NCBI RefSeq assembly: GCF_004010195.1
Contig: NC_057748.1
Location: forward strand, 4,787,374-4,851,373
DNA length: 64,000 nucleotides
From: Chiloscyllium plagiosum
Taxonomy: Eukaryota
Reading direction: 5' to 3'
Positions 13,188 through 28,139 of this stretch are shown here, piece after piece. Each line of letters starts with the position of its first letter. Position 1 is the stretch's first letter. Below the pieces are notes generated by a model. It was given only the letters and a program-made list of their open reading frames with translations, did not search any database and was not told the DNA's origin. The translations under genes and the position numbers were made by a program.

Positions 13188-14480
13188 TATCGGGGCAGAA
13201 TTAGGTCATTCGGTCCATCGAGGGCTGCACCACGGCTGATATGTTTTTCAATCCCATTCTCCTGCCTTCTCCCTGTAACTTTGATTCCCTTACTAGTCAA
13301 GAACCAATTTATCTCTGCCTTCAATACATACAGTGATATGACCCCCACAACCTTTTGCAGCGATGAGTTCCACAGATTCCCCACCCTCTGGCTGAAGAAA
13401 TCACTCCTCATCTCAGTTCTGAAGGGTTGTCCCTTCACTCTGAGGCTGTGCCCTCGGATACTGGTGGAAACATGTACTCCACGCCCACTTTATCCTGGCG
13501 CCTCAGTATTCTGTAAGTTTCACTGATGGTTTGCTAGGTTTTTAATTATTCTTTATTTCAATTTGTTTCAGAAATGTTGTCATTACCATGCATGTTCCTG
13601 AGTGTCAAAAAGCACAGCTTCCCAAACCTGAGACTCTTCCACAGCTGCACCTTTAGTATTGCAGCCAAAAACAGAACTCTCAACACAACGTAACAGTGGA
13701 GAGCGTCACCCCGCCACCCCAGCCTACTCAACACCCGTGTGCACATATCTACACACACTTCACCAGAGAGGTAGCCCGGAAGGAGTCAACAGCTGGAATC
13801 TTTGATTGATCTCCCTTCTTTCCCACTAACTGTGGCGCTTTGCTAGTCTTTATTTCAACACAAATAATAGGAGAAATAGACAATTCAATCCATCTGAGCC
13901 TGCCCTAAAATTCAATATGATCACAACAGATCCATTTTTCTACCTGACTCACAGATCCCAACACCCTTATGGTGTAGTACACTAATCTGTGTAGTACAAC
14001 TTTCAGCATGCTCAATGGTGCCCAGTTCTGGTCTCCCTGCTACAGGAAAGACATTGCTAAACTTGAAAGGGTACAGAAAAGATGCTGCTGGGATTGGAGG
14101 GTTTGAGCTGTAGGGAAGGCTGAATAGACTGGGACTATTTTTCCCTGCATCGTTGGAGGCTGAGGGGTGACCATATACAGTTTATAAAATCATGAGCCTT
14201 TTCTCCAGGGTAGGGGAGTCCAAAACTAGACGGCACAGGTAATAAGCTGAAAGGAGGAAGATTTAAAAATGGACCTAGGGGCAACATTTTCACAGAGGGT
14301 GGTGTGTGTGTGTGCGTGTGTGGAATGAACTGCCAGAGGAAGTGATAGAGGCTGGTACAATTACAACATTTAAAAGGCATCTGGGTGGGTATGTGAATAG
14401 GAAAGGTTCAGAGGGATATGGGCCAAATGCTGGCAAATGGGACCAGATCAGTTTGGGATACCTGGTCAGCATGGACAAGT
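13188..14480. mobile_element. CR1 3' fragments (13188-13460 minus; 14020-14480 plus)
   Basis: Translations FFSQRVGNLWNS and VWNELPEEVIEAGTITTFKRHL are CR1 ORF2 ends. Confidence 0.8.
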
Positions 14481-15174
14481 TGGTTTGTTTTGTACTATAT
14501 TTTTATGACTGACCTTAAGCTTCAACCCCACTTTCCTGCCTGCTCCCCTAATCCATTCCCTGAGACACCAAAACCATGCTTGTCCCAGCCTCAAATATAT
14601 ACATCAACAGAGCATCCACTATCCTCGGAGTGAAGCCATTTCCCCTCAACACAGCCTCTTATCCTGGGACTGTGCACCGTGTTTTAGACTCCTCAACCAG
14701 AGACATCCTCTCAGTATCTACCCTACCAAGCTTATTCAGAACATGACATGTTTCGACGAGATCATTTCTCCTTCTTCAAAACTCCAGGGAATATCAGCCC
14801 CAACTTCTCATCATCAGATAACCATCGGGATTAGGACAAAAAACAAAGTGCAGGAGTAACAGAACAGGTCTGGCAGCATCTATTCAGGGAGAAACAGTTA
14901 AGATTAAGCCGAGTGACCCTTTGCCAGAACACTGGGAGTGGGAGCTGGGGAATTCTGGTGTCTAAGAACCAACGCGGCAGTTCACTAGGACAGGTATGTT
15001 TGAGTCCCACTATGGTTGGCAAACCTAGTCTTCCCCTATCCTCTTATTGATCAGACTGGCTCAAGAACCAGGAACCTTGGCTTCCACCTTTAAACACTGA
15101 CAGCTCATTAAAAACATCTGCATTTTTTAAACCAAAGACATTCAGAATTCTCAGTCAGTCTGCTCATCACTTAC

Positions 15175-15269
15175 TTCATCCGGACAGATGATGAGCTTGA
15201 AGTTGAGGAGGTCATCAGGATCTGGGAAAACTATTTCACAAGTTTTAGGTAAATTCAACTCATTTATAT
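15175..15269 (-). CDS. UBE2M: UBE2M exon 2
   Basis: (D)[31 protein letters not shown]; T-rich acceptor, GTAAGT donor, phase-1 start. Confidence 0.97.
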
Positions 15270-16974
15270 CTGAAAAAAAATCAAAAAAGGGAGAATCCAG
15301 TGAACAACTAGAATATCAACAGATTTATTAAAATTTTTCATAAGACACAGGGTGTCACTGACTAGGCCAGCATTTGTTGACTATCACTAACTGAGGTTGA
15401 GAAAACTATGGTGACCTGCTCGCCTGACCTGGGATGTAGCAACACCCCTAGTGCTGTTAGGTCAGGACGTCCAGGATTTTGACCCAGCCAAGGACATACA
15501 GCTCAGAGTCTGAGAGTGGTTTGAAGAGGAACTTGCAGGTGGTGGTATCTGCTGCTCTTGACCTTGAAGATAGTAGATGCTGTAATTTTGAAAAGTGCTA
15601 CTGAAGGGCATCTGATGCACTACAGTATTACAGTTTGTAGATGGTACACACTGCTGCCACTATGTCATTGGTGAAAAGGCTGATTCTTGAAGGTAGTGGT
15701 TGTAGTGCCAATCAAGCAGACTGCTTTGTCCAGGAAGCTGCACCCGTCTAGGCAAACGGTAGTATTCCATCTCACTTCTGTGTGCCTTTTTAGATAGGGG
15801 ACAGTGAGAGAAAAGGAGTAGACCAGGCAATTGAAACAAAGAACAGAACATGGTGGAAATAACTAACATTTCAGACATTATTCCCATAGATGTTGCTTGG
15901 CCTGTAGAGTACTTCCAGCAATTTCTGCTTTTCTTTCAAATTTTCGGCCCCCAGAGTAAAGTTTGATTTTCTAAAGCATGGAAAGTAGCAGATTCTCACT
16001 TGAAAAATTGAGCAACAACACAGCAATTTCCCAATCAATAATTTGCAAAGTTCCTCTCACAGGAGGATGGCAACAGACTTCTCAAATAAATTGATGTTCA
16101 ATTTAACTTCTAAAACAAAGAAATCAATTTAAAGAATAGCTAAGTACAATAACTATAAACTGCCTGACTACTCATTTTAAAACAAAAAATTGGTTCACTA
16201 AACACCCTTTATTTGGTTTGGCTCCAAATGTGACCACAGTCCCACAGTGACCTGGTTAGCTTTTCACTGTCTTCTGATGTTCCCGAGCAAGCTGCCCAGC
16301 TGCAGAGGCACAATGCTAATCCAGACCCCCAGGCTAATGTTCTGTGACATGGGTCATGGTGATGGAACATTGCAAAATTTGAATTGAACACAATCTGGAA
16401 TTTATAGGGCTCTTATAGTACAGTGGTGGTGTCCCTACCTTTGAGCTGGGAGCACTGGGCTCAAGTCCCACCCACTCATGAGGTGCGTAATAGAATTTCT
16501 GAATTGAGAAAATACCTACAAGGAAAGATCCATATTTCCAGTGACTTCCATTAGAAAATCTTGTTCACGTTCCACAAATCCAGTGCACACTTCCAAAACT
16601 TCAAAATAAAAGCTAACAAAAATCAATGTTCTATGAAACAAGCTTTCTTATATTTTCCTGATTGACTTGAACACTTGTCTTTTCAATGCTCACCCAAAGT
16701 TGCAGAGGCTGACCTTTCTGTCCACAAGTCCCATTAACCTCATCACTAACTTTTGAAAGTAAAATTGCAACCCTCAGGTCCATCCCCGATTCCTCAGCAA
16801 GGCAGCATGTCCCTCCAAAACCCAAGTGGCTACAATAAAGTACACAGAATGAGGAGAGTTCACTAGTTTCCACTCCAATCACAGCCTGTTTCCGAAACCC
16901 TTGACCGCACCAGATTTGAACCCTCCATTCCTTTCTCTAATCAACTCACCTCCTCCAAACCATGTTGGTCCATC

Positions 16975-17500
16975 ATGTAGACTCATGCAGCACAGAAGCA
17001 GACATCTTTGGTCCAACCGGTCCACGCCAACCATGTTCGCAAACTAAACCAGTCCCCACCTGCCTGCTCCTGGCTTATGTCCCTCCAAACCTTTCCTATT
17101 CACTAACTTATCTAAAATGTCTTTTTAACATTGTATCTACACCTCCATCACCAATTTCTCTGGCAGTTCATTCCACACACGAATCACTCTCTGGTTCAAA
17201 CAAAATTGCCTCTCTTGTCCTTTTAAAAACATTTGCTTCTCACCTTAAGAATATGCCCCTTTGTTTTGAACTCCTCCACCCGAAGGAGAAGACCCTCGTC
17301 ATTCACCTTATTTATCCATGTCCCTCCTGATTGTATAAACCTCTATAATGTCACCCCTCAACCTCCTACGCCCCAGTGAAACAAGTCCCAGTTTTTCCCA
17401 TCCATTTTTATACCTCAAACTCTCCACTCCTGACAATGTCCTGGTAAATCTTTTCTGAACCCTCTCCAGTTTAATAATATCCTTCCTATAACAGGATGAT
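16975..17500 (-). mobile_element. CR1/HER1 LINE 3' fragment
   Basis: Same family as the 37078 and 43568 copies. Confidence 0.8.
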
Positions 17501-20500
17501 TTGTGCTGGTGGGTCTGGCAACAACTTAATTCTTTAAAACAATCTCTAACCCTGAGCTCTGGGATCTCTGCACCCCTCGCATTCTAGCCTCTTGCACCTC
17601 AGAGTCAGAGGTTGTGCCATTTGTTGCCTCTCAGGGGTGTGATTATATCTAGGCTACTGTGTTGCTCAGCACAGAACTGAGGCTAGTAAAACCTATATAA
17701 CGTCACCAGACATGTGAGAAACAGGCAGAGAGAAGATGCTTCAATCCCAGGTGTTAAACAGAGACCCTGTCTGCTTGTTACCGCAACTTACATAAATGCT
17801 TTTTGATCCTACAACAATATTTAAGAGGCGCTAGGAGCTCTCAAAGCACTCTGGCCAACATTCATCGCTTAAACACCATTACTTAATCAGATCACTGTCT
17901 GAGATTTTGCATTTGCCTAGGTGGTTAAACTGGAGTCATTTACTGTTCAGTTAGAGATATGGCATCCCACTGCATTGAAGTTGCACCTATAAAAATGTTT
18001 CATGACAGCTGCTCAAAAACATTGTAGAAAAATGCTCGAGAGGTGAAAGCAGTTAACTGAACCTAATGTGAAAAGGTCACCCACTCAACAACACAGAGCA
18101 GGTAGGGAGCTGTCACAGATGGCAGGAGGAGAATATATATTTCCACAGCCTTCAAAAAACATTTTATGGTCCCCATATTTATGGTAGTTTTGATCTAATG
18201 ATCAGTCAAATCTTGCAATAATTTCAGTCAGGAAAGTAGCTTTACATGTTTGGTGCTTCAGATAATTTAAGTCTGCCCCTGATAAGGAAGTGGTTTCATA
18301 TAAAGAAGGGTCTGCTCAGACTTGAAATACTCGAGCAGAAACGATGGGGGGGATCGAAAATATCCAATTAAATCTGAGGGAAATGTATAAATATATGAAA
18401 AAGGAGATATTTAAAGAAACATGAGGGTAAAGAAAATGGACTGCAGCAAAGGAAACTATCCTTTCAGATCTTATGAAACATTCACACACAGAAGAATGGT
18501 AACGAATGAGCTCCTTATCAAAGCGAGTGTAATGGCGACTTGCAGCAAGGCAAACTCAGTATCTCACGCTAAAAATGTCATCTGATTACATTGGATCCAC
18601 AATTCAACCAATTCATGTCAGGGTTTATGCTCCACCTTCCCACATCTCCTCATCCAAACCTACCATCGCAACCCTCATTCCCATTCTCCCTCATATTCTT
18701 GCCTAGCAACCAGAGCTAAAGAGGTGTACGAGCTGTTACCAACTTCTTTGTTGCCCTTTGACCCAGGCAGGTTTTATACAAACTTTCATATTACACTCTT
18801 TCAAAACTCCTGAACCAACTCTCACTGCATGTGTGACTGTCAACGCAGAGTGCAACTGCAACCAGTGGGTGGGAAAGCCAAATCCACAGCAGGATGAAAT
18901 GCAGAATAAAAGCTTAAAGTGTCTCTGTGGAATCTCAGTCACCAAGTATTGTCAAGAGATGCACGAATAGATTTTTAGACTTTAAAGCCATTAAGGAGTA
19001 TGAGGACAGCACTGGAAAATTGCAATAATGTACAAGATCATCCATTACCCGGCTGAACAGAACAACAGGGGCTCAAGGGGCCAAACTGCCCAAGCCTACT
19101 CCTATTTCTAACACTGGCGAGGAGGCTCCTCACAGAATCCCTGATTGAACAGTGTATTTGACTTGCATACAATAATGTACAGCGCATAGTGTCAACCTCC
19201 CGCCACGTCTTGGCTAATGTCACTAGACTATTAATGCAGAGACCTGAAACCAGGAAACATAAGATCAAGTCTCTCAGTGTCAATTTGAGAATTTCAAATC
19301 AGTTTTTTGTTTACTAATGTTCTTCACAGAAGGTGGACCAGACAAAACCAACAAAGTCATTCCATTTTGCCTAACAATCCAAACCATCACAATATTATAA
19401 AAACAAATAATGCAGATGCAGGAAATATGGAATTGAAACAAAGTGTTGGAGAAACTCGGCAGGTTTAGCAAAATCTGTGGAGAGAAACAAAGCTAACGCG
19501 CCGAGCTCAGTATAACTTCGTCATAGATACTGCCAGACTTACTGAGTTTCTTCAGCAAGCATCAGCTTTTATTCCATTGTAACTTGAACTAAATATCAGA
19601 TGTTTGCATTGCCTGTTCTGTATTTTACACTCTATATAATTGACCGCTGAGGTAATTCAATTTGATTTCAAAATGTGCATCCAGAGGAGACTTTCGGCAG
19701 CTTGAAACTGCTGAAGCGAGTTATGACAAATCTGTTATCGCCAGGAGTATGCTCAATCTCAAGAGATAAAGCAAGTGTTCCACAGGAGTAATGCATTGGT
19801 TCCAGTCCACTAAATCAGCCAATGACAGTTGCAAATCAGTTGCAGGAACAGAGCTGGACATTCACACTTTGATCAAATGACGACAAATCCAGGCAGCCAC
19901 AGATTGCTCAAGGCACTTCAACGTGAGGGGATTATGGTGAACATCCCTCCAGCTCTGGAGAAGCTGGTCAGACTGCACAGATAGACAACGGTGTTAGAAC
20001 GTGCTCCTGTTAGAAAACTTTGCTGCCAGCTGGTCTCACAAGAGCTGTTGGACGGGAGGAGAGACGAGCACACATCTGCTTTTTGAAGGGGTGACAATCT
20101 CAGACAGACAGATGAGGAAGGGCTGACCAGCTGTTGGGAACAGAATTCACATTAGTTGAGAGAGGGGGAACGTAAGGGATATTGACACAATCGGGTTCCC
20201 TAAAACTATCAGCTGCTTGAACGTAAAAGTCATCAGAACTATTTTTAAGACAAAAGATTCCTCATATGGATATATGAAATAGGAGAAGTAGGCCATTCAG
20301 CCCTTTTATCTTGCTCTACCATTCAAATAGTATCATGAGCTGATCTGGTTACATTTTGAATTCCACATTCTCATCTGACCCTCACAGCTAGGGGAATCAA
20401 AAGCTAACAAAAATGTATCTACCTGTCTTAAACATATTCAGTGGTACAACCTACATTGTCTACTGAGGCAAAGTTGCACAACTCTCATCTTTGTGCAACA

Positions 20501-20957
20501 GGATCCCTTAGCTCTGGATTCATCCACATGAGGAAACATCTTTTCCAAGTCCATCTTGGAAAGACCATTCAGGACCTTACACACTCAATCAAGTGGCCCC
20601 TTCTAAAGTGGTGAAAACAAGCCCAGTCTAACCTAACCTCACAGACAATCCACTCACCAAGTATCAGTCTGCTAAACCCCCTCTGAACTGCCTCCAAAAT
20701 ATTTACTTTCTTCCTTAAATAAGTGACCAACACTGCACAAAAAACATACCTACCCACGCTGCTTTCTAAATTGCAGAATTCAAATTATTAGATATTTAAT
20801 ATATTTTTAGAAAGTAAAGTAACATTGAAATTAAATGAAGAGAGCTCCTTTCCAAACCCTTCAATGAACTGACAAAATATTATAAAACCATATTAATATA
20901 CAAAATGCACCTGTGCTCTTTTTATACCTGGTCAATTCCCCTTTCTCTCCCCTTAAT

Positions 20958-21281
20958 GGGCGGCACGGTGGCACAGTGGTTAGCACTGCTGCCTCACAGC
21001 GCCAGAAACCCGGGTTCAATTCCCGCCTCAGGCGACTGGCTGTGTGGAGTTTGCACGTTCTCCCCGTGTCTGCGTGGGTTTCCTCCGGGTGCTCCGGTTT
21101 CCTCCCACAGTCCAAAGATGTGCAGGTCAGGTGAATTGGCCATACTAAATTGCCCATGCTAAATTGCCCGTAGTGTTAGGTAAGGGGTAAATGTAGGGGT
21201 ATGGGTGGGTGGCGCTTCGGCGGGGCGGTGTGGACTTGTTGGGCCGAAGGGCCTGTTTCCACACTGTAAGTAATCTAATCT
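20958..21281 (+). mobile_element. Full-length HE1-type SINE
   Basis: A and B boxes, conserved core, ends in taatctaatct. Confidence 0.9.
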
Positions 21282-22497
21282 GATCAATCCATCTTCAGCA
21301 TCACTCTGTTTCAGGTGCCCTGTGTACAAGAGTAACGGCCCTTTCCTTCTGCCCGTCATTGTAGTTGAGTGGTCTGTAAATTCTCAACACTGGATGAAGC
21401 AAATCCCAACTTTTGGACCCTTATACATTCCAAAAATACCTGCGGCTCAGGTTATGACAACAATTCCGCACAGCAGCAGTCATTTCAGGGATGGTGTAGA
21501 CTTGGGTCAAAACCCATGACTGGTCAGTGGATAAAGGCACTACTTGTTGCACATCCCCACTTAGGGAAGAGAGAGAATCAGCTCCCTTCAAAAATCCAAT
21601 GCCTGCCCTAGAATGGTCATAATGAACGGCTAGCTGGAGTACCTGCAAGTGCCACCATCTTTTGTCAAAGATTAAAAATGTATGACTGATTACACTAGAA
21701 CATCTCCAACAGGGATGGATGTCAGTGTGGTTTGCTCCAGGGAAGAGATCAGCATCACTCCATTCTGATTGTAGATGGAGAGGGGCCAAAACAAGAACCA
21801 ATCTAGAAATTACAGCAGAAATGGTGATTATTTTGCCTTCCACGTCAATAAGAGCTCTCCAAAAATAGCTATATAATTCTTTTCCCCTGAATCATTTTAT
21901 ATTGCACCTTTTCATTGGCTTCCCCAGCTTCCTCTTAAATGGTCACACAGAATATTCCTTAGGGTACAGCACAGTACACTCTAGTAACTATGTTTGGAGA
22001 ACAAATTCCTCCAACTTCCTCCTTGCCTCCACAGGCCATCCCATCCAAGCCTGTCATCAACATGCCAATCTATGAAAACGGCCTCCTACCCCTGATATTT
22101 TGTTATCGCAATAAAACTTCATCTAACCTTCCTGTGTTGTCTGCACCAGAGAAGACGACACAATTTCAAACTGGCATTGCGAGGATGGGGCTGCATTTCC
22201 TTCCTGGACCAAGGAGTTTGTCTTAATGCTTTGGGAAAGAAACCTGACATTTTGTTGGCAAATATCAAACTTTGCAGGTGCTGGGACTCGACCGGTTCAG
22301 GAGTCCGCAGCATGCCAAACCGAGAGTTGGTGTTGGAGGAGGGGTTGGGAGAGTATGGATTATATCAGTGTTGAAAGGAGGGGGGTTGAGAAATGGGCAG
22401 ATGTGACAGATTCTGGTTGTGGCCCTCGGGGAGAGGACAAGGAGGTCAAAGACCAGAACTGGGATGCTGCTGGGCAGTTATTAAGGAGTTGGTTGCA

Positions 22498-22997
22498 NNN
22501 NNNNNNNNNNNNNNNNNNNNNNNNNNNNNNNNNNNNNNNNNNNNNNNNNNNNNNNNNNNNNNNNNNNNNNNNNNNNNNNNNNNNNNNNNNNNNNNNNNNN
22601 NNNNNNNNNNNNNNNNNNNNNNNNNNNNNNNNNNNNNNNNNNNNNNNNNNNNNNNNNNNNNNNNNNNNNNNNNNNNNNNNNNNNNNNNNNNNNNNNNNNN
22701 NNNNNNNNNNNNNNNNNNNNNNNNNNNNNNNNNNNNNNNNNNNNNNNNNNNNNNNNNNNNNNNNNNNNNNNNNNNNNNNNNNNNNNNNNNNNNNNNNNNN
22801 NNNNNNNNNNNNNNNNNNNNNNNNNNNNNNNNNNNNNNNNNNNNNNNNNNNNNNNNNNNNNNNNNNNNNNNNNNNNNNNNNNNNNNNNNNNNNNNNNNNN
22901 NNNNNNNNNNNNNNNNNNNNNNNNNNNNNNNNNNNNNNNNNNNNNNNNNNNNNNNNNNNNNNNNNNNNNNNNNNNNNNNNNNNNNNNNNNNNNNNNN
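22498..22997. other. Assembly gap (500 N)
   Basis: Run of N. Confidence 1.
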
Positions 22998-24199
22998 ATA
23001 ATCTTGGCAGTCCTTGTCTGTGGCTCAATGTAGTATTAACATGGTCAGCCAGGTTGTCCTCAGATTGAGTTCCCTGATTGGGGCAGTTAACTAGTCCAAT
23101 CAGGCAGCCCTGCATGAGTGTCTGGGGTTCTGTTCAATTGGAGAGCTGCCTCTGAGGAAAGCAGACCAATGGCAAGGAATTTCCACGTGTCATTAAAAAG
23201 TTACTTGGAGCTGGGGTACCAGCCTCTGTGGAGTTATTTCACTCCCCTCTCTCACACAGATGACCACATCATCCAAGATGTTTTTGTTGGGATTTGAGCA
23301 ATCTCATTGTTGTAAACCATGGGGTGTTGGCTTCCTTTCCAGGTAGTGGAGGGTCTGGTTCCATCTTGGATGCTCAGGCTGTGGCACTGGAGACGGATTC
23401 CCCATACTGGGTGGAGTAACATTAGGTGTAGCTGCCATGGTGTCATGGTCAAAGGGTTTTTTTTAAACTTTGCTCATGGGACATAGGTTTTGCTGACTGG
23501 GCCATCATTTGTTGCAAGTGAAAAGGTGGCGAACTGCTGCCTTGAACCACTGCAGTCCTCGGGTGGGTAGGAATAAGGGCAGCCACACTTCTGTTAGGAA
23601 GTATCAGATTTTTACCCAGTGATGCAAAAGGAACACTGTTCCAAGTCAATATGTGACTGTTAGTGGAGTTTCCATGAATCTCTTGTTTTGTTCAATGAAT
23701 GCACAATTGAAGGAGCTTAAGTAACTGCTTGTACACTCGTGTCTCTCTGTCCTAGTGATGAAGTTAAGTGGTGGATGTAGTGCTGACTGCTTTGTCCTAG
23801 ATGGCCTGAGTCTTTGAGTGTTGAGGGAGCCGTATTCATCCAAGCAAGTGGAGTAGATGGTGGCAAAGTATTCCAGGAGTGAGTCATTGCTGTAGATTTC
23901 CTTGTCTCTAAGTTGCTCTTCAATACTGTAGGTACATCAGGCTGGTTCAGGGTTGGTCAGTTGTAACAACAGGGATGTTGGTGGGTGTATTATACCATTG
24001 AATTTGAAAAGAAGATGGTTAGATTAAAAACCAAAAGGACTGTGGATGCTGGAAACCAGAAACAAAATTGCTGGAAAAGTTCAGCAGTTCTAGCAGCATC
24101 TTGGAGAGAAATCAGAGTTAATGTTTCAGGTCCTGTGACCTTTCCACAGATAGTTTGATTCTCTCTCCAAGGGGAAATTATAACTTCCAGAAAGTGGGA

Positions 24200-24445
24200 A
24201 AGCAGGCAATTCAGCCCATCAGGTCCACCCCAAACCTCTGAAGAGCATCCCATCCAGACCTGTTCCATCCCTGTAACCCTGCATTCCCTATGGCCAATCC
24301 ACCCTAACTGGCACATCTTTGGAATGTGGGAGGAAACCCACACAAACACAGGGAGAATGTGCAAACTTCACACAGTTGCCTGAGGGTGGAATCGAACCCC
24401 AGTCTCTGGTGCTGTGAGGTAGTAGTGTGAGCCATTGGGTTGCCC
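24200..24445 (-). mobile_element. Older HE1-type SINE
   Basis: Reverse complement of the SINE head and core. Confidence 0.75.
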
Positions 24446-27400
24446 CAATGTGACCTTTTGCTTGCACTTTATCATCCCAAGATGGGATGTTGTCCATGTC
24501 GTACTGCACCAGGATATTGACAATTTTCAGTTTCTGAAGAGTCCTGATAATGTTGAACATTGCAATCATCAGCAACTGTCCTTAGTCTTTGAGGATCACC
24601 AAATATACATACTCCAGTTTCTGTTCACGAGTTGGTCCGAACAGATTCCCAGGTACCTTGTCAGCAGGCATTCTGCTCTACTGAGCAATCACTTTCCAAT
24701 TATGTTGCACTTGGAATGGTTCCTCCGTTTGTTAAATAACCCGAAGCACATCAGTGTTGCAATTAGACCTTTATACAGGATAGAGCAGCGCTTCAATAAT
24801 TATCTATGCTTGATCTTTTAAAAAAGGTTACACCCTGAAACATCCGACCTATGTAATTTCCATTCACAAAGGCTCCACCTCAAGTGGAGGGTGATTTGAC
24901 TTGACAAGCAGATGGAACCTCTGGGCTTTGAGTAAAGAAATCAGCTTCTATATAAGCTGTTTGTTCAATCTTTTCCAGCTAGTATTTTTTACTGCTATAC
25001 TTTCCCTCTCAGTGTCTTTTTACCTCATTGCTCTCCCCATTTGCCTTCAATTGAAGTGAAGATCATGGATGAATTGAAGGGGGAAGGAGAGTAGAAATTC
25101 AAGTTTCTGCTACCTCTGAGCCATCAAAGGTCTGAGCTCATTCCTCCTATCTGAGTACAGTGACTAGAAAATGTCTGATGTGAGATGGATGAGAATGCTG
25201 GTGGGTGCAAGGGAAATACTAGTACCAACTAGATGGGCCAATTGATCTATTTCTCAGCAGTTACTCTGTTTTGTCTCAGATCTATCAGGGCCATTTCAGA
25301 ATACAATTAACAATTCAAAAGTAAGAGACTCAGCATGTTGTAGAATAATGTATGAGTGGTCGTGGTAATATTATTGGAATAAGTAATCCAGTGACCCAGA
25401 CTCATGATCTGGGGAGACATGTTCAAATCCCTATCAAGACAATGGGAAATTCAATTAATTCATAAATTGAAACCATGGACTTGGCCAGCTAGTTTCAGGA
25501 ATGCTGGCCATGGGACTAGCATTGATTGCCATTTTTAAAAATCTCATTGCGTTTGTGACTGCTCTGTCCTTACCCGGTCTGGCTGTGTCTGTAAATCCAC
25601 AGCAATGTGGTTGACCATTAACTACACTCTGAAATAGCCATGTGAGCCACTCTGCTCAAGGGCAACTTGGAATGGGGGGGTGGGGTGGAGAACAAATATT
25701 TGGCTTTGCCAAGGATACCCCACCCTATTCCTTTCATACCTCAAAACTAGACTTGTACAAATAAATGTAAATATCTGCTATGACAGAAAAATCAATACAG
25801 TGAACTCTAAATATCTGCCCACCCATTAACCTAAGTGCAACACCCTCCAATCATCAAACCTTGAGGATAGATTAAGCACAAAGACTTACTGCTGAAAACC
25901 CAAACGTCAGAGCCTTGGTGATAATTGTCTTGACATTCAAGTGCAGTGGCAGCTTTTAAAATGAGGAGAGAGTAATCTTCTGATCTCATAAGAGCTTTGG
26001 AAAGTTGAATGATTTAAGGTGAAAGAAAGTGGATCTCAGGAAGGCTACCACTAACAAATGGAACTGGCAATAATTTAGGCCTCCGCTGGAGTTTTTGACT
26101 GACTCTGGGTCCTACATGGTTCAGGAATGATGTCAAGGCATTGGAAAGGGTGCACTTGAGTTTCACCCAAATGATAGCAGTGACAAGGGACTTCAGTTCC
26201 ATGTAGAGACCAGGGAAGAGGATTTCTTTTGAGCAGGTTAAAAGGGAGATTTAAGTGGTCTTGAAAATTCTGAAGGAATAAATGAGGAAGTTTCCACTGA
26301 GGGGCAAGTTGGTTACCAAAGTTAACTGTCATTATAGTCCAAGAGTTGAGGTGTGGGTTTTTTTTGCCACAGCCAGTTGCTGTGATTTGGAACATGCTGT
26401 CTGTAACAGCAGTGGATGGAGATTCAATAGGAACTTTAAAAAGAATTAGATACTAAGATAAAAAGGATAAATATAGAGCACTGGGGAAAGGGCAAAAAGG
26501 AGTAGTACATTGTAAAGCTTCTAAATACGAAAAATTATTTGAGTAGAATCCTTTGGTGCTGTATAACCTTGTGATTTTGAAAATATACTCGGGAACGAAG
26601 GGACAATGTATAAATCCATTGTCAGACAATTTTCCGACCCCATGCCTATCTTTTAAATCTCAACCCTTCCTCAATTCCAAGTCAATATATGATCATGTAG
26701 TAAGCCCAACCATGAATGGTATTCAGTTAATTGTGCATTTCTGAAGGTCAGAACATTAAACATATCTATAAATCTATAGATTCATCATTAGCTGGAGCAT
26801 GTTGCATTCTCCTACTGCTTTCAGTCTGCAACTAGAAACTGCAGAAAATAGGTTCAACCTTATTGAAACATGCAAGGTTCTTAGAGGACTTGGCAGGGTA
26901 GGTGCTGACAGGTTGTTCACCTTACGAGAAGGTCCAGGACTGGAAAGCATCGTCCAGAATAAGACGTTTCATACTTAAGACTGAGATGAGGAGGAATTCC
27001 TTCCTTCAGAAGGTAGTGAATCTGTGGAATTATTTATCATAGAGTTGGGTTGTTAAGTATATTCAAGGCTGAGATAGACTTTTTTTTATCATCAGTAAGC
27101 AAATCAAGGATTATGGGGAAGAGACAGGAAAGTGTTCTGTGTTCTCATTGAATGGTGGAATAGGCTCAATGGGCCAAATGGCCTACTTTTGCTCCTACAC
27201 CATATGGGTTTTGGTACTGGTATCATACTCTAGTAGGAACAAGGAGGACTGGTGGCAATGAATCTACCCGGGGTGTTCCAGATGTTTGTTTAAGGATTCA
27301 TTAGGTGCACAATTACACAATGTGGGCAGTGCTGGACTCCAACATTACAATAAATTCTTGTTTTAATAGGTGCTGTTCTTCAGCAGCTCTAATACATCTA

Positions 27401-27559
27401 CAAAACCAAATAGATAGTTTCTCTGTCTTTGAATCTCTATTGCCTAAACATTTTAAGGGTCCTGTGTTGCAAATAGCCAGAAAAGCCTATTACACTTCTA
27501 GCTGTAGGCTAAAGGATCATGTTTCCATTTCTCCTCCTCTTTTATGTATTCATTCATGA

Positions 27560-28080
27560 AACGTAAGCATCACTGGGCAACAAATTTGCAGTTCTAATTC
27601 CCCTTGAGAAGGTGATGATTAGTAGCCCCTTGAACCTCTGCAGTCCATGTGTTGTAGATAGACCCACAGTGATGTTTGGGAAGGAATTCCCAGGAATTGA
27701 CCCAGTGACAGTGAAAGAATGATAACATATTTCCTAGTCAGGATGAATGTGGAAGGGTACTTGCAGGGGATGGTGTTCACATGTATCTGCTGTCCTTGTC
27801 CTTCTAAATGAATATTGTCATGGGTTTAAAAGGTGCTGTCTACAAGCTTTGGTGAATTTCTGTGGTGCATTTGTAGATAGTACACACTGCTGCTACTGAG
27901 TGTTGGTGGTGGAGGGAGTAGATATTCGTAGATTTAGTGCCAATCAAGTGGGCTGCTTTATCCTGGATGGTGTCAAGCTTCTTGAGTGTTGTTAGAGCTG
28001 CACCCATGTAGACAAATGGGGAATATTCCATCACACTCCTGACTTGAGCATTGTACATGATGGACAGGGTTTGAGGAGTC
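27560..28080 (-). mobile_element. Non-LTR retrotransposon 3' end (L2/CR1-group family; further copies near 15340, 23460, 38950, 46140, 58360)
   Basis: YNAQVRSVMEYSP...TTLKKLDTIQDKAAHLIG is a post-RT domain; shared 3' UTR ccttgagaaggtggtggtgagc. Confidence 0.7.
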
Positions 28081-28139
28081 AGAGGTGAGTTGCAGGATTG
28101 TTGGCTGGTCAGTTCAGGTTATTGATAACCCTAGAATAT

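Noticed and set aside
20958-21030. tRNA-like A/B boxes as tRNA genes
   Set aside because: They are SINE heads continuing into the SINE core and tail.
22226-23115. 200-280-aa ORFs
   Set aside because: Artefacts of translating through the N gap.
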